DNA from: Gemmatimonadota bacterium
Lineage (GTDB): Bacteria > Gemmatimonadota > Gemmatimonadetes > Gemmatimonadales > GWC2-71-9
DNA: 41,890 bases
Direction of reading: 5' to 3'
Assembly (NCBI GenBank): GCA_003221005.1
Contig: QHTZ01000026.1
Coordinates: 1-41,890 of the forward strand
This document shows positions 9,901 to 18,634 of this stretch, one piece after another. The position numbers were made by a program, and so were the translations under genes. The notes below the pieces were generated by a model, which ran no database searches, was not told the origin of the DNA, and was given only the letters and a program-made list of their open reading frames with translations. Numbering within the stretch: position 1 is the stretch's first letter; the number at the start of each line of letters is the position of its first letter.

Positions 9901-10218
9901 TTACCCCCGATCTGCCCAGTTCACCGCGTAGCTGTTTCCACACTCGGGGCACTTCGCCTCTTTCGGCTGTCCCGACACGTGGTGGCGCTTGTGACACCCC
10001 GGGCACACGAGGTGCGGCTCATGCACGACGCTCCACGTTGTCGGAGGCTCACGCCGAACCTCGAGGTCGTCCTTGGGAATGCGGACCTCGACGTTGTGCA
10101 CGTCCACGACGACCCACGGCTTCCCACTGTCCTCCACGACGCGGTACCACGCTCCGCGGCGCAGGCCGTCCTTCTCCGCGCGATCCCCGCGACTGCGGGC
10201 CCATCCAGGAGCCGCCAT
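9901..10218 (-). CDS. Hypothetical protein with a C-terminal Zn-ribbon (CPGC...CPEC)
   Basis: 105 aa with protein-like composition, a beta-rich N-terminal half (LRRGAWYRVV) and two CxxC pairs. Confidence 0.8.
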   Translation of the reverse strand: MAAPGWARSRGDRAEKDGLRRGAWYRVVEDSGKPWVVVDVHNVEVRIPKDDLEVRREPPTTWSVVHEPHLVCPGCHKRHHVSGQPKEAKCPECGNSYAVNWADRG

Positions 10219-10262
10219 GGCGCTAAGGATGCACGTCCCCTGGGACGTGCGCCAGAGCCCGC

Positions 10263-10637
10263 CTACTCACTCGCCGTGCCCTCGCGTACGAGGACGAGGA
10301 TCGCCGCCTGTGGCACCACCAGGTAAGTCTTTTGTCCGAATGTGATTTCCACTGCGGCCTTCCGAAAGAACAGAGCATAGTCACCCACTTCCGCCTGCAT
10401 CGGCAAATAGCGCACTTCGGGAGCGTGGATCTTCCACGGCTCCTCGTCCATGCTCGCCGGCTCGGAGATGGGGTTGCCGGGACCTGTGGCGACGATGCGT
10501 CCGCCCTGCACCTGGCGGCTTTCGAGCGCCGTGGCGGGAAGGTAGAGCCCGACGTTCGTCCGCTCTTCGCCCTGCTCCGGGGAGATCAGGACGCGGTCGC
10601 CCACGACGATCAGACGTTTAGGGGTCTCTTCCGGCAT
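10263..10637 (-). CDS. Orphan GroES/Cpn10-like co-chaperonin
   Basis: ATG at 10637: ...VVGDRVLI..EERTNVGLYLP...GRIVATGPG...VGDYALF...TYLVVPQAAIL. No groEL is adjacent. Confidence 0.85.
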   Translation of the reverse strand: MPEETPKRLIVVGDRVLISPEQGEERTNVGLYLPATALESRQVQGGRIVATGPGNPISEPASMDEEPWKIHAPEVRYLPMQAEVGDYALFFRKAAVEITFGQKTYLVVPQAAILVLVREGTASE

Positions 10638-10711
10638 GCCAATGAGTACCGCCGTTCGGCGCGTTTGCGCAAGTCGTAACGTCGGCGTGATCGGCGTCAC
10701 GCGGCGAATGC

Positions 10712-10740
10712 TTGACAGGGCGGGAAGGCTCACTATCAAT
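10712..10740 (+). promoter_or_regulatory. Possible sigma70 promoter of the membrane protein/vWA pair
   Basis: TTGACA (10712-10717), 16 nt spacer, then TATCAA(T); GAGGAGG SD-like sequence before ATG 10814. Confidence 0.45.
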
Positions 10741-10813
10741 GAGCGTCGCCGCAGTGCGCCCCCCGCCCCGCGGCCGTGATGCTTCGTCCCACCTCCGAGG
10801 AGGGAACCGCCAC

Positions 10814-11951
10814 ATGCAAGCTCCTGTAGCCGCTGTTCAGACCGCGCAGTGGAGCTGGATCCTCTCGACGCTCTGGAGCTGGATCTGGGCCGGGCTGGCG
10901 TGGATCGTCGAATGGCAGGCGAGAGTCTTCGGGATGATCTTGGGCGTCGACTCCTTCTGGGGCGTTGTGGGAGTCGTGGTGCTCTTGTTCCTGCCCGCGG
11001 CGACGCTGGTGGCCGGCGTGTGGGGGACGATGGTGTCCCTCTACACCATCCCGTTTCGGCTGGGGCGGGCGGGCTTGCTCCTTACGTCGCTGTTGATGTC
11101 GTGGTGGGACGCGGTTCGCATGACCTGGTTCTACTGGTCCGGCCTCGTGCGGTTCGTCGTGGTGTTCTTGGGCTGGGTGTGGGGGCTTCTGAAGCTCACG
11201 GTCGAGCTCGTGTGGGGGACCTTGAAGGGGGCCGTCACGTCGCCGCTCGCCATGCTCGACGCGACCGCGCGCCGGCCCGGCGTGCCGTGGGCGGCGTTCT
11301 TCCTTCTGATATTCTGGTCCGCGATCGAAGCCACGATCTTCACGTTCACGCTGCGCCCCACCATGAGCGAGCTGCTGGCGGACCTCACCGGCTACGAGGT
11401 GAATCCGGTCTTCCTCGTGCTCATCCTATGGGTCTTTCTGTGGGTGCTGATCGCGGGCAGCTTCGCGTGCATCCAGGTGCTGAACGATGCCATCAAGACC
11501 CGGCAGGTGGGGCAGATCGCTCGCGCAGCAGGGCGTGCAGCTCGGCGTGTTCGGGACGATCGGCCTTGCGTTCTTCGGCTGGATCGGTGTCCGCGGCATG
11601 ACGTGGTTCTTGTTCGGCCGCTTCGGTGCGCCCGCGCTGATCGGGCTCCTGGGGCGGCAGGCGTTCGCGCAGGCGCATGGTGCCGGAGGCGCGGCCGGCC
11701 CGGCGCCCAACCTCGACTTCTGGCAGGGGCCGATCAAGGCGCTCAAGGCGGAGCGCGAGTGGTTCAACAAGCAGGTGCGCGAGGGGTGGGAGCTGCTGTT
11801 GCTCCCGATCCTCCAGCTGATCGCAGCCGGGTTCAACTTCGGCTTCGTGATCTTCATCGGCCGGCCGCACTTTGCTTTGCCGTTCCACTCGATCGAGGAC
11901 GTGCTCGCGAGCACGCCGTTCGCGGGCAAGGCGACGGAAGGAGGCCACTGA
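10814..11951 (+). CDS. Uncharacterised Trp-rich multi-pass membrane protein, interrupted by a frameshift/deletion near 11519
   Basis: Hydrophobic frame MQAPVAA...IKTRQVGQI continues in another frame as LAQQGVQLGVFGTIGLAFFGW...ATEGGH*; TGATG overlap with the next gene. Confidence 0.75.
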
Positions 11952-12709
11952 TGCGCCGGCCGATCGCAGGCACCGTCGCGCTGGCGCTCGCCCTCGCGGC
12001 GTGCAGCCCTCCCAAGAACGCGCCCCCACCCAACTCAACGCTCGTGGTGGGGATCGACGTGAGTGGCTCGTTCCGCCACACCCCGCAGTTCAACGAGTCG
12101 ATCGATTTCGCGGCCCTCTACATCTACGGCCACTTGAACGGCATCGGCGGGCTGCGTCCCTACACAGCGATATTTGTGGGCGAGCTCGGCGGCGTGCGTC
12201 CGGGTCAACCCAAGGTGTTTCACCCGATCCAGGATCTCACCGGGAAGTCGCCCGCGCAGATCGCGGCGGACATCAGGGCGTGGTTCCCCCAGACCGATCC
12301 GATCACCGACTTCAACGCGTTTTTCCAGCGGGCCGCGGTGCACGTGCGGCGCAACAACCTGATCCTGGCACCGCTGAACATCGTGCTGTTCTCGGATGGC
12401 GAGCCTGATTACCCGGGCGCCGGCCGCCTGTCCCCCGAAGCACGCTACGAGCGGGTGGACTTGAGCCCCCTTGAATTCCTGTCTCGCAATGTGACCGTGC
12501 GCTTACTCTACGCCGACCCGCCGATCGCCCAGCTATGGGAGCGCCGGGTGCCGCGCAAGCGTGTCCGTATCTGGACGCAGGATTCGGAGGTGATGAAGGG
12601 TTGGCGCCGCCACGTGCGCGAGGGCGTGCCGATGGAGCGGCAGGATTCGCTCTGGTCGTGGGTGGACAAGATCGTGGACGTGCGGGTGCGGCGGGGGAAA
12701 CTCCTCTAG
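11951..12709 (+). CDS. Lipoprotein with a vWA-like domain
   Basis: MRRPIAGTVALALALAAC lipobox; MIDAS-like VVGIDVSGS...TD...VLFSDGEPD; 252 aa. Confidence 0.8.
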   Translation: MRRPIAGTVALALALAACSPPKNAPPPNSTLVVGIDVSGSFRHTPQFNESIDFAALYIYGHLNGIGGLRPYTAIFVGELGGVRPGQPKVFHPIQDLTGKSPAQIAADIRAWFPQTDPITDFNAFFQRAAVHVRRNNLILAPLNIVLFSDGEPDYPGAGRLSPEARYERVDLSPLEFLSRNVTVRLLYADPPIAQLWERRVPRKRVRIWTQDSEVMKGWRRHVREGVPMERQDSLWSWVDKIVDVRVRRGKLL

Positions 12710-12723
12710 CGCGCGTCGCTCTC

Positions 12724-12784
12724 GACGGCCGGGGTCTCCCTTCGCGACAAAACGACGCAGTCGCTCCGGGAGACCCCGGCCGTC
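12724..12784. terminator. Long hairpin between convergent genes, probable bidirectional terminator
   Basis: Perfect 17-bp inverted repeat GACGGCCGGGGTCTCCC / GGGAGACCCCGGCCGTC, with an inner GCGAC/GTCGC stem. Confidence 0.75.
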
Positions 12785-12788
12785 TCGT

Positions 12789-13226
12789 TTATGTGCAGTA
12801 GCGATCGAACGCGGCAGTCAGGTCCGCCGCGATGTCTTGGGCCGGGCGTCCTTCGATGTTCTTCCGCTCCAGCATGAACACCAGCTTCCGGCCCTGGAAT
12901 AGCCCCATTTGCGGGGACGAGGGCGGGTAGCCCGTGAAGTAGCTGCGCGCTCGCGCTGTGGCATCGGCGTCCTGACCGGCAAACACCGTGAGGAGCCGGG
13001 CCGGGCGCTTCGCGTGCTGGACCGCGATCGTGACCGCCGGACGCGCGTTCCGCGCCGCGCAGCCGCACACGGAGTTCACTACCACCAGCGTGGTCTCGGT
13101 CTCGGCGCCGAGCGCGTCGTCCACTTGGACGGGAGTGCGGAGTTCCTGGAATCCGATGCGCGTCAGCTCCTCGCGCATCGGCTGCACCAACCGAGGGTCG
13201 TACATCGGAACGTTGAGATTAGTCAT
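12789..13226 (-). CDS. BrxA/BrxB family bacilliredoxin
   Basis: VQPMREELT...VVNSVCGCAA (CGC motif), TVFAGQD and PPSSP. Confidence 0.93.
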   Translation of the reverse strand: MTNLNVPMYDPRLVQPMREELTRIGFQELRTPVQVDDALGAETETTLVVVNSVCGCAARNARPAVTIAVQHAKRPARLLTVFAGQDADATARARSYFTGYPPSSPQMGLFQGRKLVFMLERKNIEGRPAQDIAADLTAAFDRYCT

Positions 13227-13251
13227 GGCAGAATAATAACGACGCAGGGCT

Positions 13252-13269
13252 TGTCAGGTTCCTGACAGG
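13252..13269. promoter_or_regulatory. Putative OmpR/CusR-family response-regulator box in the divergent brx/tolC promoter
   Basis: TGTCAGG-TT-CCTGACA palindrome, also readable as the direct repeat TGTCAGG/TGACAGG with 11-bp period, lying just upstream of a TAGGTT -10 box (13279-13284). Confidence 0.6.
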
Positions 13270-13291
13270 TACGCCGCGTAGGTTTCGCCCG

Positions 13292-14488
13292 ATGCATCGT
13301 TCCCTGGTCATCGTCTCACTGTGCGCCGTCGCGGCCGTGAGCGTCATGTCCGCTCAGCAGCCGGTGACCCGCGCTGACGCCGTCGCCACGGCGCTCGCCC
13401 GCGGTGCACGCGCCGCTCTCGGCCGTGCCGACACCGCGGTTGCCGCGGCGGTGCTGCATGGGGCGAGGGCGTATCCCAACCCCTCGATCTCCGCGAGCTA
13501 CACGCAGGATGTCCCGCACCACCACGTCGCTGCCGCGCTGTCGCTCGATCTGCCCTGGTTGCGATCGGCGCGTGTGGGCGCCGCGGCGGCCGCGCGGGAG
13601 GCTGCCGTGTATGGCTTCGCGCTCGAGCGCGCCTCCATTCGGTTCGAGGTCGACACGACCTACACCCAGGCGCTCGCGGCGCTCGCGCATGCGCGCCTGT
13701 CGCGCCGCAACGCCCTCGACGCCGACAGCCTGCTCGCGATGGCGCGGCTGCGGCGCGAAGTGGGGGATGTCAGCGATCTCGATGTGCGGCTCGCCGAGGT
13801 GAACGCAGGCCAGCTCGAGAACACTGCTGCGGACGATTCGCTTGCGGCGATCGGGGCGCTGCTCGCCGTGCAGCTCGCGATGGGGCTCTCGGGGGAGCAA
13901 CCGGCAATCACCCTGGTCGACTCGCTCACCCCGCCCCGTGACACCGTGTCCAGCCCGGTCGCTGAGCCGCTTCCGGTCCTCGCCGCGGCGGCGAGTCTGC
14001 GCTCCGAGGAGCGCGCACTCAGCCTCGCCAGCCGCAGCATTTTCGCGACGCCGAGCCTCGAGCTGGGCGTGGATCAGGGCGACCCCACGGGACCGGGTGG
14101 CTTGCTGCCCTTCATCGGGCTGTCGCTGCCGCTTCCGCTGTTCAACTGGAATGGCGGCGAGGTCGCCCGCGCGCGCGCGACGCGCGACCGCGCGCAGGCC
14201 AACCTCGACCTGGTGCGGCGCGAGAGCGCCGCCGAGGCGGCGGGCACGCGGCGGCGGTTTGCAGCGTCGCTTGCGAGGGTCGCGCGCGATCAGCTCCTGC
14301 TCGCGGGCGCCGACCGCGTCGCGGGGATGGCGCTCCAGGCGTACGCGGAAGGCGCGGTCCCGCTCGCCAACGTTCTCGAGGCCCAGCGGAACGCGCGTGA
14401 GGCCCTGGGGCGCTACATCGAGGACGTGCGAGCGGCGAACAACGCCGCGGCGACCGTGCGGCTGCTGACCGCGTCGCCACAGCAGTGA
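13292..14488 (+). CDS. TolC-family outer-membrane efflux protein
   Basis: Signal peptide; YPNPSIS, G(D)VSDLDV, LPLPLFNWNGG and AYAEGAVPLANVLEAQR are typical outer-membrane efflux repeats. Confidence 0.88.
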   Translation: MHRSLVIVSLCAVAAVSVMSAQQPVTRADAVATALARGARAALGRADTAVAAAVLHGARAYPNPSISASYTQDVPHHHVAAALSLDLPWLRSARVGAAAAAREAAVYGFALERASIRFEVDTTYTQALAALAHARLSRRNALDADSLLAMARLRREVGDVSDLDVRLAEVNAGQLENTAADDSLAAIGALLAVQLAMGLSGEQPAITLVDSLTPPRDTVSSPVAEPLPVLAAAASLRSEERALSLASRSIFATPSLELGVDQGDPTGPGGLLPFIGLSLPLPLFNWNGGEVARARATRDRAQANLDLVRRESAAEAAGTRRRFAASLARVARDQLLLAGADRVAGMALQAYAEGAVPLANVLEAQRNAREALGRYIEDVRAANNAAATVRLLTASPQQ

Positions 14489-15546
14489 GACCAACCTTCG
14501 CGTTCTCCGTTGCGGCGGCCGCGTGTGTGCTGTTGGGATGCCACCGGGGGCATGGGGGCGAGGGCGAGGTGGCCTCCGGGCAGCAGGCCGTGGTGGGGGC
14601 GGGCACGGCGGTCGCCGTGATCCAGGCGTTCCCGCAGAGCGTGCGGGCGATCGGCACCGTGACGCCGCGCCCCGGGGGGTACGCCGATCTGGCGGCGCCC
14701 GCTCCGACGAGGGTGGCGCACATCTTCGTGGCGCCGGGCGACCGGGTCGCGGAGGGGGACGCGCTGGTCGAGTTCGAGCGTGCGCCGTTCGACGCCGCCG
14801 CAAAAAGCGCAGACGCGGCGCTGGCGAGCGCCCGGCACGCCTACGCCCGCGCCGTCCGCTTGGTGGAGGCGGGAATTCTCCCGCAGAAGGATTCCGACCA
14901 GGCGGCGGCGGATCTCGCCCAGGCTCAGGTGGCGTCGGTGACGGCGCAGCGATCCCAGCAGCTCGCGACGCTGCGCGCACCGCTCGCCGGTGTCGTCACC
15001 CGGATGAACGCGGTGCTCGGCGCGTCCGTGGACCCCGGCCAGCCGCTCGTGGAAGTCGCGGATCCCAGGGCCCTGGACATCGTGTTCAACGTGTCCCCGA
15101 CCGAGGCGGCCGGCATTCGTACGGGGGACACTGTCCACGTCCGCGCCGGCGAAGGCGCCGGCGCCGAGAACCTGGGGGCGGGAGTCGTGACCGCGGTCGG
15201 TGCGGCCGTGGACTCGGTCTCGCGCGCCGTCGCGGTCCGTGCGCGCCTTCCCCGGGCCGCGCGAGCGCTGCGCATCGGCGAGTCGGTGTTCGGCCGGATC
15301 GTGACCGCCGTCCACCCCCAGGCTGTGGTCGTGCCGGTCGAGGCGCTGGTGCCGACGGGCGGCGGCGACGGCTACCAGGTGTTCGTGGTGGACTCGGAGG
15401 GCGTTGCCCACGCACGACCGGTGACGCCGGGTGCGCGCGGAGAGACGTTGGTGGAGATCGCGCGTGGCCTCACCTCCGGCGAGACGGTAGTGACGACGGG
15501 CGCCTACGGCGTTGCGGAGGGCGCGCGGATCGTTCGGCCGCGATGA
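14485..15546 (+). CDS. RND efflux periplasmic adaptor (membrane fusion protein), lipoprotein
   Basis: Lipobox LLGC; lipoyl-like PGDRVAEGDALV...LRAPLAGVV; C-terminal GLTSGETVVTTG. Confidence 0.9.
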   Translation: MRPTFAFSVAAAACVLLGCHRGHGGEGEVASGQQAVVGAGTAVAVIQAFPQSVRAIGTVTPRPGGYADLAAPAPTRVAHIFVAPGDRVAEGDALVEFERAPFDAAAKSADAALASARHAYARAVRLVEAGILPQKDSDQAAADLAQAQVASVTAQRSQQLATLRAPLAGVVTRMNAVLGASVDPGQPLVEVADPRALDIVFNVSPTEAAGIRTGDTVHVRAGEGAGAENLGAGVVTAVGAAVDSVSRAVAVRARLPRAARALRIGESVFGRIVTAVHPQAVVVPVEALVPTGGGDGYQVFVVDSEGVAHARPVTPGARGETLVEIARGLTSGETVVTTGAYGVAEGARIVRPR

Positions 15547-18500
15547 AGCTCTTCGACGTGCTGTCGCGCCAGCGACGGCTGATCTATCTCGTCGTGGCGG
15601 TCCTCAGTGCCGCCGGGGTATGGGCGACGCTGCGACTGCCCTCGGCGATTTATCCCGAGCTCGAGTTCTCCCGCATCACGGTCGTCGCGCAAGGCTCGAC
15701 TCTGGGCGCCCGGCAGGTGGTGTTCAGCATCACCCGACCGCTCGAGGAGGCGGTCAGCATCGTCCCGGGTGTGACGCGCGTACGCTCGCACTCGATCCGC
15801 GGCGCCGTCGAAATGCAGATCACATTCGCTCCGCGCACCGACATGGCGTATGCGCTGCAACTGGTTCGCGCGCGCGTGAATCAGATTCAGGGAGACCTCC
15901 CCGCTGGGCTCGACATCGAGGTCGAGCGGCTCGCGCCGTCGCTGTTTCCCATCCTGTCGTACAACCTCGAGGGTGGCGATCCGGCCACGCTGTATGACAT
16001 CGCGCGCTACGAGATCAAGCCGTTGATCTCCCGCGTGCCGGGGGTCGGGCGCGTGGACGTGATGGGCTCGGATGTGCGGGAGATCGAGGTGATCGCCGAT
16101 CCGGCGCGGCTCGCGCAGCAGGACCTGACCTATACGGACCTCGCCGACGCGATCCGGCGGGCCGTCACGGTCCAGGCGGTGGGCCGGGTGGCGCAGGATT
16201 ATCGCCAGTATCTCATTGTCACGGACCAGGAGGCGCACAGCGCGGATGACGTTGGGGCCGTCGTCGTCAAGGGTGGGCTCCGCGTACGCGACCTCGCCAC
16301 GGTGCGCCTGGGAACGGAAGACCACGTGCGCATCGTCGCGGGCGACGGCAGGCCGGCCGCGATCCTCAACATCACGCGCCAGCTGGGCGGTAACACGCTT
16401 GCCATTGCGGACAGCGTGGCGCGAATCGCGGCGGCGCTAGCCCCGGGGTTTCCGCCCGGTGTCCACCTCAAGCCCGTCTACGACCAGGCCGCCCTCGTAC
16501 GTGACGCCGTGACCGCGGTGCGCGACGCGATGCTCGTCGGCGCCACGCTCGCGGTCATCGTGTTGTTGCTGTTTCTCCGGCACGGGCTGATCACCGCGAT
16601 CAGCGCGACCTCCATTCCCTTGACACTCGCGATCACAATGTTTGTCATGAGTGTCCTCGGGCAATCGTTTAACCTCATGACGCTCGGCGCCATGGCGATC
16701 GCGATCGGACTCGTGATCGACGACGCGGTGGTGGTCACGGAGAACATCGCCCGGCACATGGCCTTGTCCGCCGCCCGCACGCCCGCGATCCGGGAGGCCG
16801 TGCAGGAGCTGATCTGGCCCGTAACGACGTCCACCATCACGACCGTCGTTGTCTTCCTTCCGCTGGGCCTGCTGCAGGGGGTGGTGGGCCAGTTCTTCGC
16901 CGCGCTCGCGACCACCCTGACCGTGGCGGTGCTCGTCTCCCTGGGCCTGGCGCTCAGCATTATCCCGCTCCTCGCCGCGCAGTTCGTCACAGCGAGTGAG
17001 GTGCAGGTCGTTGCGGCCGGGCCGCTGGCCCGGGTGCAGCGGGCGCTCGACCAGCTGGGACCGCGATACGAGCGCGCGCTGGCCGCGGTCCTGCACCACC
17101 GCGGCCGGGTCGCCGGCGCGGCGTTCATCCTGGTCGTGGCCGGGCTCGGCCTGTGGCGTCTGGTGGCGACGGGCTTCCTCCCGGAGATGGACGAGGGGGC
17201 GTTCGTGCTCGACTACTGGACCCCCGGGAGCACGGCGCTGGACGAGACGAACCGTCAGGTGGGGATCGCCGAGCGGATTCTCGCCGAGACGCCGGAGATC
17301 GCGGGGACCTCGCGCCGCACCGGCGCCGAGCTGGGCCTGTTCGCCACGGCGCAGAACACGGGCGACGTGGTGGCGCGGCTGGTGCCGCGCAGCCGGCGCA
17401 CGCGCGACATCTTCGCGGTGATGGACGACGTGCGGGACCGGATCTCGGCCGCCGCCCCGCGACTGCGCATCGAGTTCGTGCAGATCCTCTCGGACGTCGT
17501 GAACGATCTGGCCGGAAACCCGAGGCCGGTCGAGATCAAGGTGTTCGGCGAGCAGCTCGACACCCTCGAGGCATACGCGCGCCGGATCGCTCCGGAACTC
17601 GAGCGGATCGAGGGGCTGGAAGACCTCTACGACGGCGTGAGCGAGCCATCAGCCGAGCTGCTGATGCGCGTGAACCAGGCCGAAGCGGACCGCGTCGGCA
17701 TGGCGCCGGCGGACGTGGGAGCTGCGGTGAGCGCCGCGCTGCTGGGCGTCAACGCCGGCGAGGTCCGCGCGGAGGACCGGCCGGTCGCGGTGCGGGTGCG
17801 GGCGCCCGATTCGGTCCGGTTCGACCCGCTGCGGCTCCGCTCCCTTCCCCTGCTCCGCCCGGGCGCGCCCCGCGCCACGCCCCTCGGCAGCCTGGCCACG
17901 TTCGCTGCGGCTGAGTCCCGCATGAACCTCGAGCGAGAGAACCAGCAGCAGATGATCGCGATCACCGGTGATCTGAGTGGCCGCTCGCTCGGCGGCGTGA
18001 TGGCGGACGTGCGCCGCGTGCTCGCCGCACACGCCCCGCCGCCGGGCGTGCGCGTCGCGCTCGGCGGCCAGTACGCGAGCCAGCAGGACGCGTTTCGGGC
18101 GCTGCTGCTCGTGCTGGGCCTCGCGGCGGTGAGCGTCTGCGCCGTGATGGTGGTGCAGTTCGAGTCGTTCGTAGAGCCGCTCGTCGTGCTCCTGGTGGCG
18201 CCCCTGTCGTTCGTCGGAGCGCTCTTCGTCCTGCTCGTGACGGGCACCGCGTTGAACGTTTCGTCGTTGATGGGGCTGATCCTGCTCGTCGGGCTGATCG
18301 TGAAGAACGGCATCATCCTGCTCGACTTCACGCGACTGCGGATGCGCGAGGCCCGCGTGCCGCTCGAGACTGCGATTCGTGAAGCGGCGCGCGTGCGGCT
18401 CCGCCCCATCCTGATGACGACCCTGTGCACCCTGTTCGGCCTGCTGCCGCTGGCGCTTGGGATCGGCACCGGCAGCGAGTTGCAACGCCCCCTGGCGCTC

Positions 18501-18608
18501 GCCGTGATCGGTGGCCTGACGCTGTCCACCCCCATCACGTTGTTCGCCGTCCCCATTCTGCTCGTCGCGATTCGCGGCCCGGGCTACGCGCTCCCCGACG
18601 GGACCTGA
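15543..18608 (+). CDS. RND efflux permease (AcrB/CzcA/CusA superfamily)
   Basis: True start is ATG at 15543 (ATGA overlap), 1021 aa; motifs GLVIDDAVVVTEN, FLPEMDEG, GLIVKNGIIL and RLRPILMTT. Confidence 0.95.
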   Translation: MKLFDVLSRQRRLIYLVVAVLSAAGVWATLRLPSAIYPELEFSRITVVAQGSTLGARQVVFSITRPLEEAVSIVPGVTRVRSHSIRGAVEMQITFAPRTDMAYALQLVRARVNQIQGDLPAGLDIEVERLAPSLFPILSYNLEGGDPATLYDIARYEIKPLISRVPGVGRVDVMGSDVREIEVIADPARLAQQDLTYTDLADAIRRAVTVQAVGRVAQDYRQYLIVTDQEAHSADDVGAVVVKGGLRVRDLATVRLGTEDHVRIVAGDGRPAAILNITRQLGGNTLAIADSVARIAAALAPGFPPGVHLKPVYDQAALVRDAVTAVRDAMLVGATLAVIVLLLFLRHGLITAISATSIPLTLAITMFVMSVLGQSFNLMTLGAMAIAIGLVIDDAVVVTENIARHMALSAARTPAIREAVQELIWPVTTSTITTVVVFLPLGLLQGVVGQFFAALATTLTVAVLVSLGLALSIIPLLAAQFVTASEVQVVAAGPLARVQRALDQLGPRYERALAAVLHHRGRVAGAAFILVVAGLGLWRLVATGFLPEMDEGAFVLDYWTPGSTALDETNRQVGIAERILAETPEIAGTSRRTGAELGLFATAQNTGDVVARLVPRSRRTRDIFAVMDDVRDRISAAAPRLRIEFVQILSDVVNDLAGNPRPVEIKVFGEQLDTLEAYARRIAPELERIEGLEDLYDGVSEPSAELLMRVNQAEADRVGMAPADVGAAVSAALLGVNAGEVRAEDRPVAVRVRAPDSVRFDPLRLRSLPLLRPGAPRATPLGSLATFAAAESRMNLERENQQQMIAITGDLSGRSLGGVMADVRRVLAAHAPPPGVRVALGGQYASQQDAFRALLLVLGLAAVSVCAVMVVQFESFVEPLVVLLVAPLSFVGALFVLLVTGTALNVSSLMGLILLVGLIVKNGIILLDFTRLRMREARVPLETAIREAARVRLRPILMTTLCTLFGLLPLALGIGTGSELQRPLALAVIGGLTLSTPITLFAVPILLVAIRGPGYALPDGT

Positions 18609-18634
18609 CTGATTCCCCAGCCGCTCGACCCGGC

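Noticed and set aside
10712-12709. 665-aa membrane-vWA fusion protein
   Set aside because: The middle section is nonsense-like, the hydrophobic sequence continues in another frame, and the vWA part has its own ATG and lipoprotein signal at a TGATG overlap.
14523-15542. 340-aa N-terminal extension of the RND permease
   Set aside because: It is an alternate frame of the MFP gene; the real start is ATG 15543.
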